From the human T2T-CHM13v2.0 reference genome, Homo sapiens, in NCBI RefSeq assembly GCF_009914755.1, contig NC_060929.1: a stretch of 64,000 nt of DNA, one strand, 5' to 3'. The notes under the pieces are model-generated. The model ran no database searches. It had not been told where the DNA came from and saw only the letters and a list, made by a program, of their open reading frames with translations. Shown here piece by piece: positions 29,152-41,550 of the stretch (positions within the stretch are counted from its first letter, which is position 1; every line of letters starts with the position of its first letter). A program made the position numbers and the translations under genes.

Positions 29152-29499
29152 TTACAACTGTAAACAACCCCTAAATATTTCAGTGGGAACAGTTTACAAA
29201 ATAGTACATGAATAACTAGCAAATAAATTGTATAGATAATCATTATACTTTCTATGAATACATTAAGGGAAAGAGATCACTTTAGCACTTTAGGCTAAAT
29301 TATTTTCTGCTTCTGCAAGGAAAAGAAAGGCTTCCAAAAACAAGAGAATTTTGAACATTACCAGATAAATAATTGTGAAACTATTAATAAAATGTTATTG
29401 TTACCATTAAGATGATTGTCTTAGCACTTTTACAAATAATTTCGGATCAAAAAGTGTTTGAACTTTCAGCAAACCATAGGTAATGCTGTTTCTGTTCCT

Positions 29500-29930
29500 T
29501 CTGGTCAGTCAGCTTATTACTGAGTACCCATGCTGTATCAAGCATGTGACCTGATGGGAGGATGGTGGCTGTTGACAAGTCGAAAGGTCTGTACTCCTGG
29601 AATTCACTCCAGAGCCTCAATTCAGAACTGATTTCCTTCACTCTCATTTTTTTCTAGCTGGCTCTTCACCATCTGTAACATTTATTTGCACAGCAAAACT
29701 TTCTCTAGACTCCCAGACAAGCATGTGGCCCTGTCATTTGCTCTCTTTTTCCTCAGAATTTTCCCTTACATAATTTACTTATCTTTCTTGAAGCACTATA
29801 TGTTTTGCTTGTTCTGAAATATAAGCTCCCTGAGGAAAGGAACCATACTTATCTTCTTTGTTACTGGATTGCAAGGTGACTTTGCAGCTAGAAAGTGCAC
29901 AACAAAGATTTGTTGAAGAAGTGAAAGAAT
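29500..29930. mobile_element. Two L2 3' ends in opposite orientation (- at ~29500-29610, + at ~29680-29930)
   Basis: 'ttattactgagtacccatgctgtatcaagcatgtg' and 'ataagctccctgaggaaaggaaccat...aaagatttgttgaa'. Confidence 0.55.
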
Positions 29931-32845
29931 AAATATTGGCATTTTATATGCCATTATACCTATGAGTCCCTTTCTATGCCATCCACACATGTGTAAGTTA
30001 TTTAAGTGCCCACTTTGATATTTATTTAGTACTTTCAAGACCAATTTTTATAAATAAAAATTACATAAACCAGATATTTTAAGGATAGCAATGGGATGCT
30101 ATTGGAGGGGTAGCTTTCAATATGAGATATTGGTAGCTAGATAACACAGAAGGAAAATGATGATTTCATAAATAAAAAAGTTGTTAGAAAATAAGGGTAA
30201 ATCTGTACACAGTTCATTTTGAGTATAAAAAGCATCTTTAAGAAAAATCCATATAAATCTCTGTGGAAAATAAAATTGGTTCCATATTCTAAAATGATTT
30301 TTTATTAATTTTATTTACTTTAAAATATAGTTTTTTATTTTATAATTTTTGTGTAATATATCTTATTAAATTGATTCATGTTTATATTTTATTCATTTAA
30401 AATTTTTTTAATTTTTATTTTAGATTCAAGGGTACATATGCAGGTTTGTTATATAGGTAAATTGCATGTAATGGTGGTTTGGTGTACAGATTATTTTACC
30501 ACCCAGCTAATAAACATAGTATCTGATAGGTAGTTTTTTGATCCTCACCCTCCTCCCACCCTCCCCTCTCAAGTATGCCCTGGTATCTCTTGTTACCTTC
30601 ATTGTGTCCATATGTACTCAATATTTAGCTCTCACTTGTAAGTGAGAAGATGTGGTATTTGTTTTTCTGTCCCTGTGTTAGTTCACTTAAGGTAATGAAT
30701 TCCAACTCCATCCATGTTGCTGCAAAAGAGACAATTTTGTTCATATTTACGGCTGCATAGTATTTCATGGTATATATGTACCACATTTTCTTTATTCAGT
30801 CTACTGTTCATGGGAATTTAGATTGATTCCACATCTTTGCTATTGTGACTAGTGCTGCAGTGAACATACACATGCATGTGTCTTTATAGAGAACAATTTC
30901 TATTCTTTTGGTTATATGTCCATTAATGGGATTGCTGGGTCAAATGGTGATTCTGCTTTGAGTTCTTTGAGAAATCCCCAAAGTGTTTTTAACAGTGGCT
31001 GAACTAATTTACATTCCCACCATCAGTTTCTTCGTAACTTCACCAGCATCTATAATTTTTTGACTTCTTAATAATAGCCATTCTGAGTAGTGTAATGTGG
31101 TATCTTATTGTGGTTTTGGTTTGCATTTCTCTAATAATTAGTGATGTTGAGCATTTTTTCATATGCTTCTTGGCTGGGCGTATGTCTTCTTTTGAAAAGT
31201 GTCTGCTTATGTCCTTTGCCCACCGTTTCATATTTGTTTTTTGTTTGTAGATTTGTTTAAGTTCCTTATAGATTCTGGATAATACACCTTTGTCAGATGC
31301 ATAGTTTGCAAATACTGTCACCCATTCCGTAGGTTATCTGTTTGCTCTGTTGATAGTTTCTTTTGCCGTGCAGAAGCTCTTTAGTTTAATTAGGTCCCAT
31401 TTGTCAATTTTTGTTTTTGTTGCCATTGCTTTTGGTATCGTCGTCATGAAATCTTTGCCAGGTCTTATGTTCAGAACAGTATTTCCTAGATTATCCTCCA
31501 GGGTTTTTATAGTTTTAGGTTTTCTACTGAAGTTTTCAATCCATCTTGAGTTTATTTTTATATATGGTGTAAGGAAGGGGTCTAGTTTTAATCTTCTTCA
31601 TATTACTAACCAGTTATCCCAGCACCATTTATTGAACAGGGAGTCCATTCCCCATTGCTTGTTTTGGTCAACTTTGTCAGATTTCAGATTGTTGTAGGTG
31701 TGAAGCATTATTTCTTGGCTCTATATTCTGCTCCATTGAGCTACATGTCTGTCTTTCTACCAGTACCATGCTGTTTTGGTGAGTGTGGCCTTGTGCAATT
31801 TGAAGTCAGGTAACATGATGCTGGCTAGCTTTTTTCTTTTTGCTTAGGATTGCTTTAGCTATTAAAGCTCTTTGTTTTTGATTCCATATGAATTTTTCAG
31901 TAGTTTTCTTCTAACTCTGTGAAGAATGTCATTAGGAGTTTGGTAGGAATAGCACTGAATCTGTAAATTGCTTTGGGCAGTATGGCCGTTTTAAAAATAT
32001 TGATTCTTCTTATCTATGAGCATGAAATATTTTTACATTTGTTTGTGTCATCTCTCACTTCTTTGAGTAGTGTTATGTAATTCGCATTGTAGAGATATTT
32101 TGCCTCCCTGATTAGCTGTATTCCTAGATATTTTATTATTTTTGTGGCTATTGTGAATGGGATTACATTCCTGACTTGGCTCTCAGCTTGGATGTTGTTG
32201 GTGTATAGGAATGTTACTGACTTTTGTATGTTGATTTTGTACCCTGAGACTTTGCTAAAGCTGTTTATCAGATTAAGAGGCTTTGGGGCAGAGACTGCGG
32301 GGTTTTCTAGGTATAGAATCATATAATCTGCAAATAGGGATAGTTTGACTTCCTTTCTTCGTATATGGATGCCTTTTTTTTTCTCCTGCCTGATTGCTCT
32401 GGTGAGGGATTCTAGTACTGTGTTGAATAAGAGTGGTTTGAGGGGGCATTCTTGTCTTGTTCTGGTTCTCAAAAAGAATGCTTCCAGCTTCTGCCCATTC
32501 AGTGTGATGCTGGCTGTGGGTTTGATATGGATAGCTTTTATTATTTTGAAGTATGTTCATTCAATGCCTAGTTTGTTGGGGTTTTCTTAAGATAAAGCGA
32601 TGTTGGATTTTATCGAAAGCTTTTTTCTGCATCTATTGAGATAATCATGTGGTTGTGTTTTTAGTTCTGTTTATGTGATGAATCACATGTACTGATTTAT
32701 GTAGGTTGAACCAACCTTGTATCCTAGGGATAATGCTTACTTGATCATGGTGGATTAGCTTTTTCATGTGCTGCTGGATTCAGTTGGCTATTATTTTGTT
32801 GAGGATTTTTACATCTATGTTCATCAAGGATATTGGCCTGAAGTT

Positions 32846-32866
32846 TGTGTGTGTGTGTGTGTGTGT
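32846..32866 (+). repeat. (TG)10 microsatellite inside L1
   Basis: Read directly. Confidence 0.9.
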
Positions 32867-33202
32867 CTCCCAAGCTTTGGTATCAGGATGATGTTGACCT
32901 CATAGAATGAGTTAGAGAGTAGCCCTTGCACCTCCATTTTCAGGAATAGTTTCACTAAGAATTGTACCAGCTTTTCTTTATACATCTGGTAGAATTTACT
33001 GTCAATCTGTCTGGTCCTGGGCTTTTTTTGGTTGGCAGACTTTTTGTTACTGATTCAATTTTGGAACTCATTATCAATCTGTTCAAGGATTCGATTTCTT
33101 CCTGCTTCAGTTTTAGGAGACTGTATGTGTCCAGTAATTTACCCATTTATTGTAGGTTTTCTAGATTGTGTGCATAGAGATTTTTCTAATGGTCTCTTAG
33201 GG

Positions 33203-34142
33203 TTTTTTTGTTTGTTTGTTTAAGGAATGAAGGGTTTTATTGAAAATGAAAATATACTTCACAGTGTGGGCCCGAACATAGAGGGTCAAAGGCCCTGTTA
33301 CAGAGTTTTTTGTGAGTTTAAATACCCTCTACTTGGGGTATGCCCTATGTAGATGAAGAGAATGAAGTAAAGTTACAAAGTCATTTACTCAGTGTCTGCC
33401 CTATGGAGAGGATATTTCCTGTTATAGCTGAAATGTGAATTGGCCTTATATTCCCTGCTTCCAGACTCTACTTTCCTGCCTCATCTCCCCACTTAGAGAT
33501 GTGATCCTCATAAATCGTATGGGAGGCAAAGGGACCAATGGTCTTTTTTTCTGCAACTGCTTCATGCTGACTTGGGGCATAGTCTCTACCTACTGGGGAC
33601 CACAGAACTCTAGCCCTGCTCTATCTAGTGGAGGCAGGGTAGTTTCTTGATGGCCAGGGTTGGTGTCCACCTGGAACCGGCTGGAGCCTTTGTTGCATGA
33701 TCATCTGAAGCTTGATTGTCTCTCAGGGGTTCCAATGGGTGTACAGTTCCAAAGTATGGAGGGACCCTTCTCAGTTGCGAGACCATGAACCCAAAGTTCA
33801 AGGTCCCAAAGTTTTGTTGTAGTGTGGATGCCAAGAACAGTCTTTCTCTGATGTTTCCAGAAGATTCAAATCATAAATAGCTTTCTTTACCCTTTTGCCA
33901 GCATGCCAGGCTTCTGGGTTCTCTCTCCCTGAGTGAGTGGCCCTAGTGAACCTGCATTACTCTTCCTCCTGGCTGGCTCACCAAAATATGTTAACGGTGG
34001 AAGGTGTCCAAGTTCTTGACATCTTGAACAAAGAATTGGACAAAATGCACAAACAAAGCAAGGAAGGAATGAAGGGTTTTATTGAATGTGAAAGTATACT
34101 CCACAGTCTGGGAGCGGGCCTGAGCAATGGGGCTCAAAGTCC
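33203..34142 (-). pseudogene. Processed (L1-retroposed) copy of a MER61-like ERV1 mRNA: R-U5-PBS-short internal-PPT-U3-R-poly(A)
   Basis: R duplicated at 33222-33294 and 34064-34142. U5 ends at 33989 and U3 starts at 33483. AATAAA at 33236-33241 (minus), then an A-rich tail at 33203-33221. TSD tctct(t/g)agggt at 33193 and 34143. Confidence 0.88.
33966..33983 (-). promoter_or_regulatory. Retroviral primer-binding site complementary to the tRNA-Arg(ACG) 3' end
   Basis: Plus strand ctcctggctggctcacca versus the tRNA-Arg(ACG) 3' end CTCCTGGCTGGCTCGCCA (one CpG-type mismatch); 5 nt from the U5 end. Confidence 0.85.
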
Positions 34143-37100
34143 TCTCTGAGGGTCTTTTTGTGTTTCTGTCAGGTCAGTGGTAATGTCTCTTTTGATATGT
34201 CTGATTGTGTTTATTTGAATCTTCTCTTTTTTCTTTATTCATCTAACTTGCACTCTATATATCTTATTATTTATTTCAATAAACCAGCTGCTGTATTTGT
34301 TAATCTTTTGTATAATTTTTTGCATCTCAATTGAGTTCAATTCAGGTTTGGTTTTAGTTATTTCTTGTCTTATGCTAGCTTTGGGGTTGGTTTGCTTTTG
34401 TTTTTCTAGTTCCTCTAGTTGCAATGTTGGGTTGTTAATTTAAGATCTTTTTAAAATTTTTGATGTGGGCATTTAGTGCTGTAAACTTCCCTCTTAACCC
34501 TGCATTAGGTGTTTCCAAGATTCTGGTGTGTTGTATCTTTGTCCATATTATATTCAATGTATTTCTTGATTTCTTTCTTAATTTCATTATTTACCCAATA
34601 GTCATTCAGGAGCAGGTTGTTTAATTTCCATGTAATTATATGGTTTTGAGCAATTTTATTAATACTGACTTCTATTTTTGCTGTGCTATGGTCCAAGAGC
34701 GTAGTTAGTATGATTTTGATTTTCTTTAAATTTGCTGAGAATTATTTTGTGTCCAATTGTGTGGTTGATTTTAGAGTTTCTGCTGTATATAGATGAGAAG
34801 AATGTATATTCTATTCTTTTTGGGTGGAATATTCTATAGATCTCCATTAGGTCCATTTGGTCAAGTGGTGAATTCGGTTCCTGAATATCTTCATTAGTTT
34901 TCTGCTTTAATGATCTGTCTAATACTACCATTAGGGTATTTAAATCTCCTACAAGTATTTTGTATTTATCTAATTCTCTTCACAGGTCTCTAAGAACTTG
35001 TTTTATAAATATTGGTGCTCCTCTGTTGGGTGTATATATATATTTAGGATATTTAGGTCTTCTTGTTGGATTGAGCCCTTTACCATTATGCAACGCCTTT
35101 CTTTTTCTTCTCTAATCTTTGCTGGTTTAAACTCTGCTTTGTCTGAAATTAGAATAGTAACACCTGCTTATTTCTGTTTTCCATTTGCTTTGGAGATTTT
35201 TCTCTATTCCTTTTCTTTGAGCTTATGGGTGTCATTGCATGTGGGATAGGTCTTAGTCTCTTGAAGACAGCAAACCACTGGGTCTTGATCCTTTGTCCAG
35301 CCTACCACTCTGTGCCTTTTAATTGGGCCATTTAACCCATTTACATTCAAATTTAGTATTGATATGTATGGATTTGTTTCTGTCATCATGTTGTTAGCTG
35401 GTTATCATGCAGGCTTGTTTATATGGTTGCTTTATAGTGTCGCTGGTCGATGTAGTTAAGTGTGTTTTTGTAGTGGCCAGTAACAGTCTTTCCTTTCCAT
35501 GTTTAGCACTCCCTTCAGGACTTCTTATAAGGTAAGTCTGGTGGTAACAAAATCCTTTAGCATTTTCTTGTCTGAAAATGATCTTATTTCTCCTTCACTT
35601 ATGAAGCTTAGTTGGCTGAACATAAAATTCTTGCTTGGAAATTAATTTCTTTAAGAATGTTGAATATAGGTCCCCATTCTCTTCTGGCTTGTTAGGGTTT
35701 CTGGTGAACTGTCTGCTGTTAGCTTGATGGGGTTCCCTTTGTAGGTGGCTTTCCCCTTCTCTCTAACTGCCTTTGTGATTTTTCTTTAATTTAGACCTTG
35801 GAGAATCTGATGACTACATGTCTTGGGAATGGTATTCTTGCATAGTATGTCACAGGAGTTATCTGCCTTTCCTGAGTTAAAATATAGGCTTCTCAAGCGA
35901 TTTTGTGGAAATTTTCATGGACAATATCCTGAAATATGTTTCCCATGTTTTGTTCCTATCTCTTTCAGGGATGCCAGTGAGCCATAGATTTGGTCTGCTG
36001 ACATAATTCCATATTTCTCAGAGACTTTGTTCTTTCTTTTTTACTATTTTTATTATTTTTGTCTGAGTTAGTTTGGAGAACCAATTTCAAGCTCTGAGAT
36101 TCTTTGCTCAGCTTGATCTGTTCTACTGTTAATATTTGTGATTGCATTACGAAATTCTTATACTGTGTTTCTCAGTTTTACTAGGTCGTTTTGTTCTTTC
36201 TGATAATGGCCATTTAGTCTATAAGCTTCTCTATCATTTTATTGTAATCCTTAGATTCCTTCGATTGAGTTTCAACATTCCCCTGAATCCTGATGATCTT
36301 TGTTCTTATTTATATTTTGAATCCAATTTATGTCATTTCAGCCATTTAAGCTTGGTTAAGAACCCTTGCTGGGGAACTGGTGAGGTCATTTGGATGAAAG
36401 AGGACACTTTGGCTTTTTGAATTGTCAGAGTTTCTTGGGCTGGTTCTTTCTCATCTGTGTAGACTGATGATCCTCTAACTGTGGTGTGATTTGAGTACAG
36501 TTGGTAGACTAGTTTTCTGGATGTTTTCAGTGGGCCAAGGCTTTGTCCAGGGTCTATCTTTGTAGCTGAATTCTTGTCCTTAGTTTTACGGGGGGGTATA
36601 TCAACAAAGTATTTTTGGTGTTGACGTCTGGGCTGTGATCTAGTATTTGATGCTTAAGTAAAATGGTAGTAGGTACTCTCTTGCTCAGCCAGGTGGCCCC
36701 TCTATATTTCCTCAGGATTGCAGCCATGTTCCCTCTCAGTGCTCTGAAAGGGTGAGCTCCTTTCCCACTCAAGTGCTGGCTGCAGGTCTCAGCTTGACAT
36801 TCTGGAGTTAGACACCACAGTTATAGGGTGAGCTCAGGCTTTATGTTCCTTCCCAGATGGAGGGAGCAGGGGAAGGGAATTTGACAGTTGCTGTGGCAGA
36901 CGCCTTTCACTTGTCTCTTGGGGATCCACCCCATAGAAATGCAGAGCTGCTACCAATCAGTGCAGTTGGCCCAGTGTGGGGTGGTTACATTGTGGGCCCA
37001 AGCCTAGGTCCCCGCCTAGTGACAAGCAGGGAGGGCAGGAGGCTTGTTATGCAGACAAACTTGCCTCTCCTCCTTAGGGCAGCTGTGGTGTGCTGGAGGT

Positions 37101-37974
37101 GTGATTAAAGTACTCAGAGTCTTCATTCCTTCCCCAGTCCAAGGGCAATAAGGGCAGTACCACTGCAGCAGCAGGGGCACAGGGGCTTTCAGTTGCCCCA
37201 GGGAGCTGCACCTCAGAGAAACTGCTATGGGGAATGTTCAGCCAGAGGTGCTGAGGCTGAACACTCACATGGAAAACAGTCTAAACAGTCTGGCCACTTT
37301 TCCATAAGGCAGTTGCACTGTGTTGGGGGTCTGCATTAGTCCCTCATCACTACATGCCCTCTGGAGCCTAAGGGCAACAGGAGCGAGGGATGCAGAGTAG
37401 CAAAATGGTGTCCTGCCTGCTCCCTCTGGGAGCTCTGTCCCACAAAAGTGCAGAGTTGCTACTGGCCCAAGAGCCCAGGTCAGTGGTGACTGGAGTCCCA
37501 GGTCAAGAGGCCCTGCCCAGTGAGGAGTAGCAGGATTGGAGATTCTTGTGGAAAACAGTCTGGCTGCTCTCCGTAAAGTGACTGCCCTCTGCTGGGGGTC
37601 TGCTTTAGCTAAAACGACTTGAAACAACAGACACGTAGACTTTAAAAATCAGACCTGTACTTGACTGAAGCACTGCTCTTTTTGTAAATAGGGTAATAAT
37701 GATACCATAGTCACCCAGGCGGTAAAATCTGACCATTTAAAGGGTTACAAAGCATCCATTTTTAATAGGAAAATCACAAACTCCTAAAATTCCCCATTTT
37801 GACTGTTGACAAAATCGTGTTTTAGGGGGTGCAAGGGGAGATAGAGGTAGAAGAACTTATGAAAGCAAGAAATCTACTGTAATAAAATGCCAGGAAGCTT
37901 CAGAGAAATGAGATACTAATGTTGACTGAGGTAGAAAAAATACGAATGATACAATCTAAACTTTGTTTAGGACA

Positions 37975-38128
37975 GATAGGGATCATGCAGTTGTACAATG
38001 CCTGATACTTAGGCCCAATGCTTGGATTAATGCTTTATTATTGCCATCTTGAAATTCTTAATAATACTTGTACAAGGAGGCTTGCATTTTCTTTTGCACT
38101 GGACCAAGCTAATTATATACCCAGTTTT
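37975..38128 (+). mobile_element. MER91-like hAT-Tip100 MITE
   Basis: 'ttgccatcttgaaattcttaataat...ttgcattttcttttgcactgg'. Confidence 0.65.
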
Positions 38129-39445
38129 GAGGACAAATCATTGTTAGAAGGATTGTTGCAAAAAAGAAAATAACGCAAGCAAAGGATTATAATGGGGGCA
38201 GGGATTTCAATTTTATTAGAGTGAAAATTTCATAGAAAGGCAAGACTGTTTTTCAAAAGGAAAGGAAGGATATTAGACATGAACCCCAACAGCATGGGGC
38301 AACTCATATCTCCTGTAATTTATAACATCTACTTCTGTCTATCTATCTGTATTTTAATTACTGGATGCTGATTTACACAGCTTGATCAATGCTGCAATGC
38401 TAATGTCTTGAGGACTCAGGATTTATTTTATTGTGAACTAGTTATGCAAATGAAATAAAATGACTCAGGAAAAGAAAGGGAGAAGGAGAAGAAACACTAA
38501 CAAAGCCCTGGTTTGATTACTTGCTGTAGCTCTCTTCTCTCATATTCTACCCACAAAACCTTGTGACATTCTGATTGTCCAAGGAAATACCTTTGATGTT
38601 ATTAACCAGGCTTCTAAGTGTTTATTAGTATTGTGAATAGTCAAACTGGCATCATGTGAATAATATCCACAGTCAAAATCTATTCTGCTACTATGTATCT
38701 TATACACAAATGTGGAACAGTGAAGAAGTAATAAGCGGATAGGGCATGCTATCTGTACATGGACAAGGGCAAGATATTGCTCATTTTAATTAGAATTGAC
38801 CAGTATGATTGTGTCAGAGTCATTGTTCTACTGAAGCATGTTTTAAAATTTAAATTATTTTGGTAGTTTGCATTAACTTCAAATAAGTGTTCTCAGTGAT
38901 AATATCACAATACATAGTACATTCAGACGGATAATTATTCACACAGTGACATGACAAAAAACCTGGACTGTTTCTTGTCAAAAAAGCAATCATTTCTAGT
39001 CAACTCATCTTTGACAAAGAAGCAAAGACAACTCTATTGAGAAAGGATATTCTTTCAACAAAAGGTGCTACAAAAAATGGACATCAACACATTACAAAAA
39101 TGAATTTAGATGTTGATTTTTACATCTTTCATAAAAACTAACTCCAGAAGGGTCATAGACCTAAATGTAAAACACAAAAGTATAAAACTCCTAGAAGATA
39201 GCATAGGAGAAAATCTAGGTCACCCTAGGTTGGTAAAGCATTTTTGAAGCACAATCAGTGAAGGAAAAGAATTATGAGTTGGACTTCACTAAAATATAAA
39301 TCTGCTCTGTGAAATACACATTTAAGAAAATGTAAAGACAAGCCACAGACTGGGAGAAAATGTTTCCAAAAAGCATATCTGGTAAAGAACTTGTATCCAA
39401 AATATACAAAGAATTCTTAAAACTCAATAAAAAGAAAGCAAACAA

Positions 39446-39747
<302 letters not shown>

Positions 39748-40221
39748 CTATGGAGATGGCAAACAACCGTATGAAAGGATGATCAATATTATATGTTATT
39801 AGACAACTACCAATTAAAGCCACAATGAGATACCCCACACACCTATTAGATCAGCTAAAACCCAAAACTGACAACACCAAATGCTGACAAGTATGTGGAG
39901 CAACAGGAACTCTCATTTATTACTGGTGAGAATGAAACATGATATAGCCACTTTGGAAGATGGTTTTGCAGTTTCTTCCAAAGGTAAACACAGTCTTACA
40001 ATACAAAAATTATGCTCCTAGGTATTTACCCACACCTAGGAGCATGATTTTTGTATTATAAGATAAGACTGTGTTGAAAACTTATGTCATGTAAAAACTT
40101 GTACATAAAGGATTATAACACTGTTATTCATAATTTCCCCAAATTGGAAGCAACCACGATGTCCTTCAATATGTAATAGATAAACACTGGTATATCCATA
40201 CAATTGAACACGATTCAATGA

Positions 40222-40685
40222 TAGGCACAGAAAGACAAATACTGCATGCTGTCACTCATATGTGGAATCTAACATAAAGTTGAACTCATAGAATCAGAGA
40301 GTAGAATGGTGGTTACCAGGTGCTGGGGGAGAGGAGGCAGGACTACTGGATAAATGTTAGTCAAAGGATACAAAATTTCAGTTAGGAGGAATAAGTTAAA
40401 GAGATCTATTGCATAACCTGGTGACTATAGTTAATAACAATGTATTGTATTCTTGCAAATTGCTAAGAGAATAAATTTTAAGTTTTCATCACAAAAAATG
40501 ATAAATATATGAAGTGATGCATATGTTGATTAGCTCAATTTAACTGTTCCGTAATGTATGCATATTTCAAAATGTCATGCTGTCCATGATATGACATGAT
40601 ATAGAGATAACAATTATCTCTGTAATTGTTAAACAATTGTTTAATTGTTGTCAATTAAATTAAGAATTAAGAAAAAAATGAAAAA
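40222..40685 (+). mobile_element. L1MA (MA6-8-like) 3'UTR nested in L1MC
   Basis: 'aggcacagaaagacaaatactgcatg...gagagtagaatggtggttaccagg...gtgactatagttaataacaatgtattgtat'. Confidence 0.85.
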
Positions 40686-41400
40686 TAAATCAGCCATGAT
40701 TTCTTGATAAAGCCACAAAAAGACATGGAACAGCCTTAAATGCATATTGCTAGGTGAAAAGGGCCAGTCTGAAAGGGCTACATACTATATGATTCTGACT
40801 ATAAGGCATTCTAACAAAGGCATTCTAACAAAGGCAGAACTATAAAGACAGTAAAAAGATCCATGGTCATTAGGGTTCAGGTGGAAGGGGAGAAGAATGA
40901 ATGGGGGGAACCCAGAGGATTTTTAGGTAAATGAAACTATTTTGCATAATACCGTAATTGTACATACATGACATTATGCATTTGACAAAATCCACAGAAT
41001 GTGCAACACCAAGAATTAAAACTAGTGTAAACTATGGACTTTAGTTAACAATAATACATAATTTTTGGTTCACCAATTGTAACAAATGTAGCACACAAAT
41101 AAAGTATAATAATAGGGGAAAATGGGTGAGTGCAGAGGGTAGGGGATGGTGAGAGAGAGGACACATGTGGGAACTCTCTGTACTTTCTACTGAATTTTTC
41201 TGTAAACCTAAAACTGCTCTGTAAAGTAAAAGCTGTTAATGCTTTTTAAAAATGGTTATGGCAGTCTTCTAAGAAAGGCTGTATTTTCAGATTGAATATT
41301 TAGACTAATCATCATGAATTTTAGTGGATATACTGTTACATTTTCTAGAAATTATACTTTTAAGCATTGAAAATGTATGAAAGAGAAAAGATATATCACA

Positions 41401-41550
41401 GGCATTATGGTATAGTAGAAATTCCAACAAATTAGAGTCCGAAACTGGAGCTTTCACTCCATCTCTGTACCTTATTAGCCGTTTAAATAAGTTGAGTCTA
41501 TTTATCTCCCTAAGCTTTATTTTCCAGATCCATTAAAATTAAATAATATT
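41401..41550 (+). mobile_element. MIR (decayed)
   Basis: 'ggcattatggtatagtagaaa...ttagagtccgaaactgg'. Confidence 0.5.

Larger units (their letters stand above)
30403..37610 (-). mobile_element. Near full-length, inactivated LINE-1 (L1PA13-16-like): 3'UTR, ORF2, ORF1, 5'UTR; interrupted by ERV mRNA retrocopy
   Basis: 3'UTR from 30403. RT fragment with degenerate FADD motif ([12 protein letters not shown] 32014-32472). EN N-terminus (ISILNLNVNGLNGPIKRHR, ORF 35204-35389). ORF1-like region ~35450-36400. GC-richer 5'UTR with repeated 'ggaaaacagtct'. Many stops and frameshifts. Confidence 0.95.

Noticed and set aside
33625-33834. 69-aa ORF across a putative ERV splice junction as an accessory protein
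   Set aside because: Non-ATG start in a decayed copy; only testable on a reconstructed consensus
33966-33983. tRNA-Arg gene
   Set aside because: Only the 3' 18 nt including CCA are present, next to an LTR; this is a PBS
40803-40836. 14-bp tandem duplication aaggcattctaaca
   Set aside because: Ordinary slippage within an L1 3'UTR
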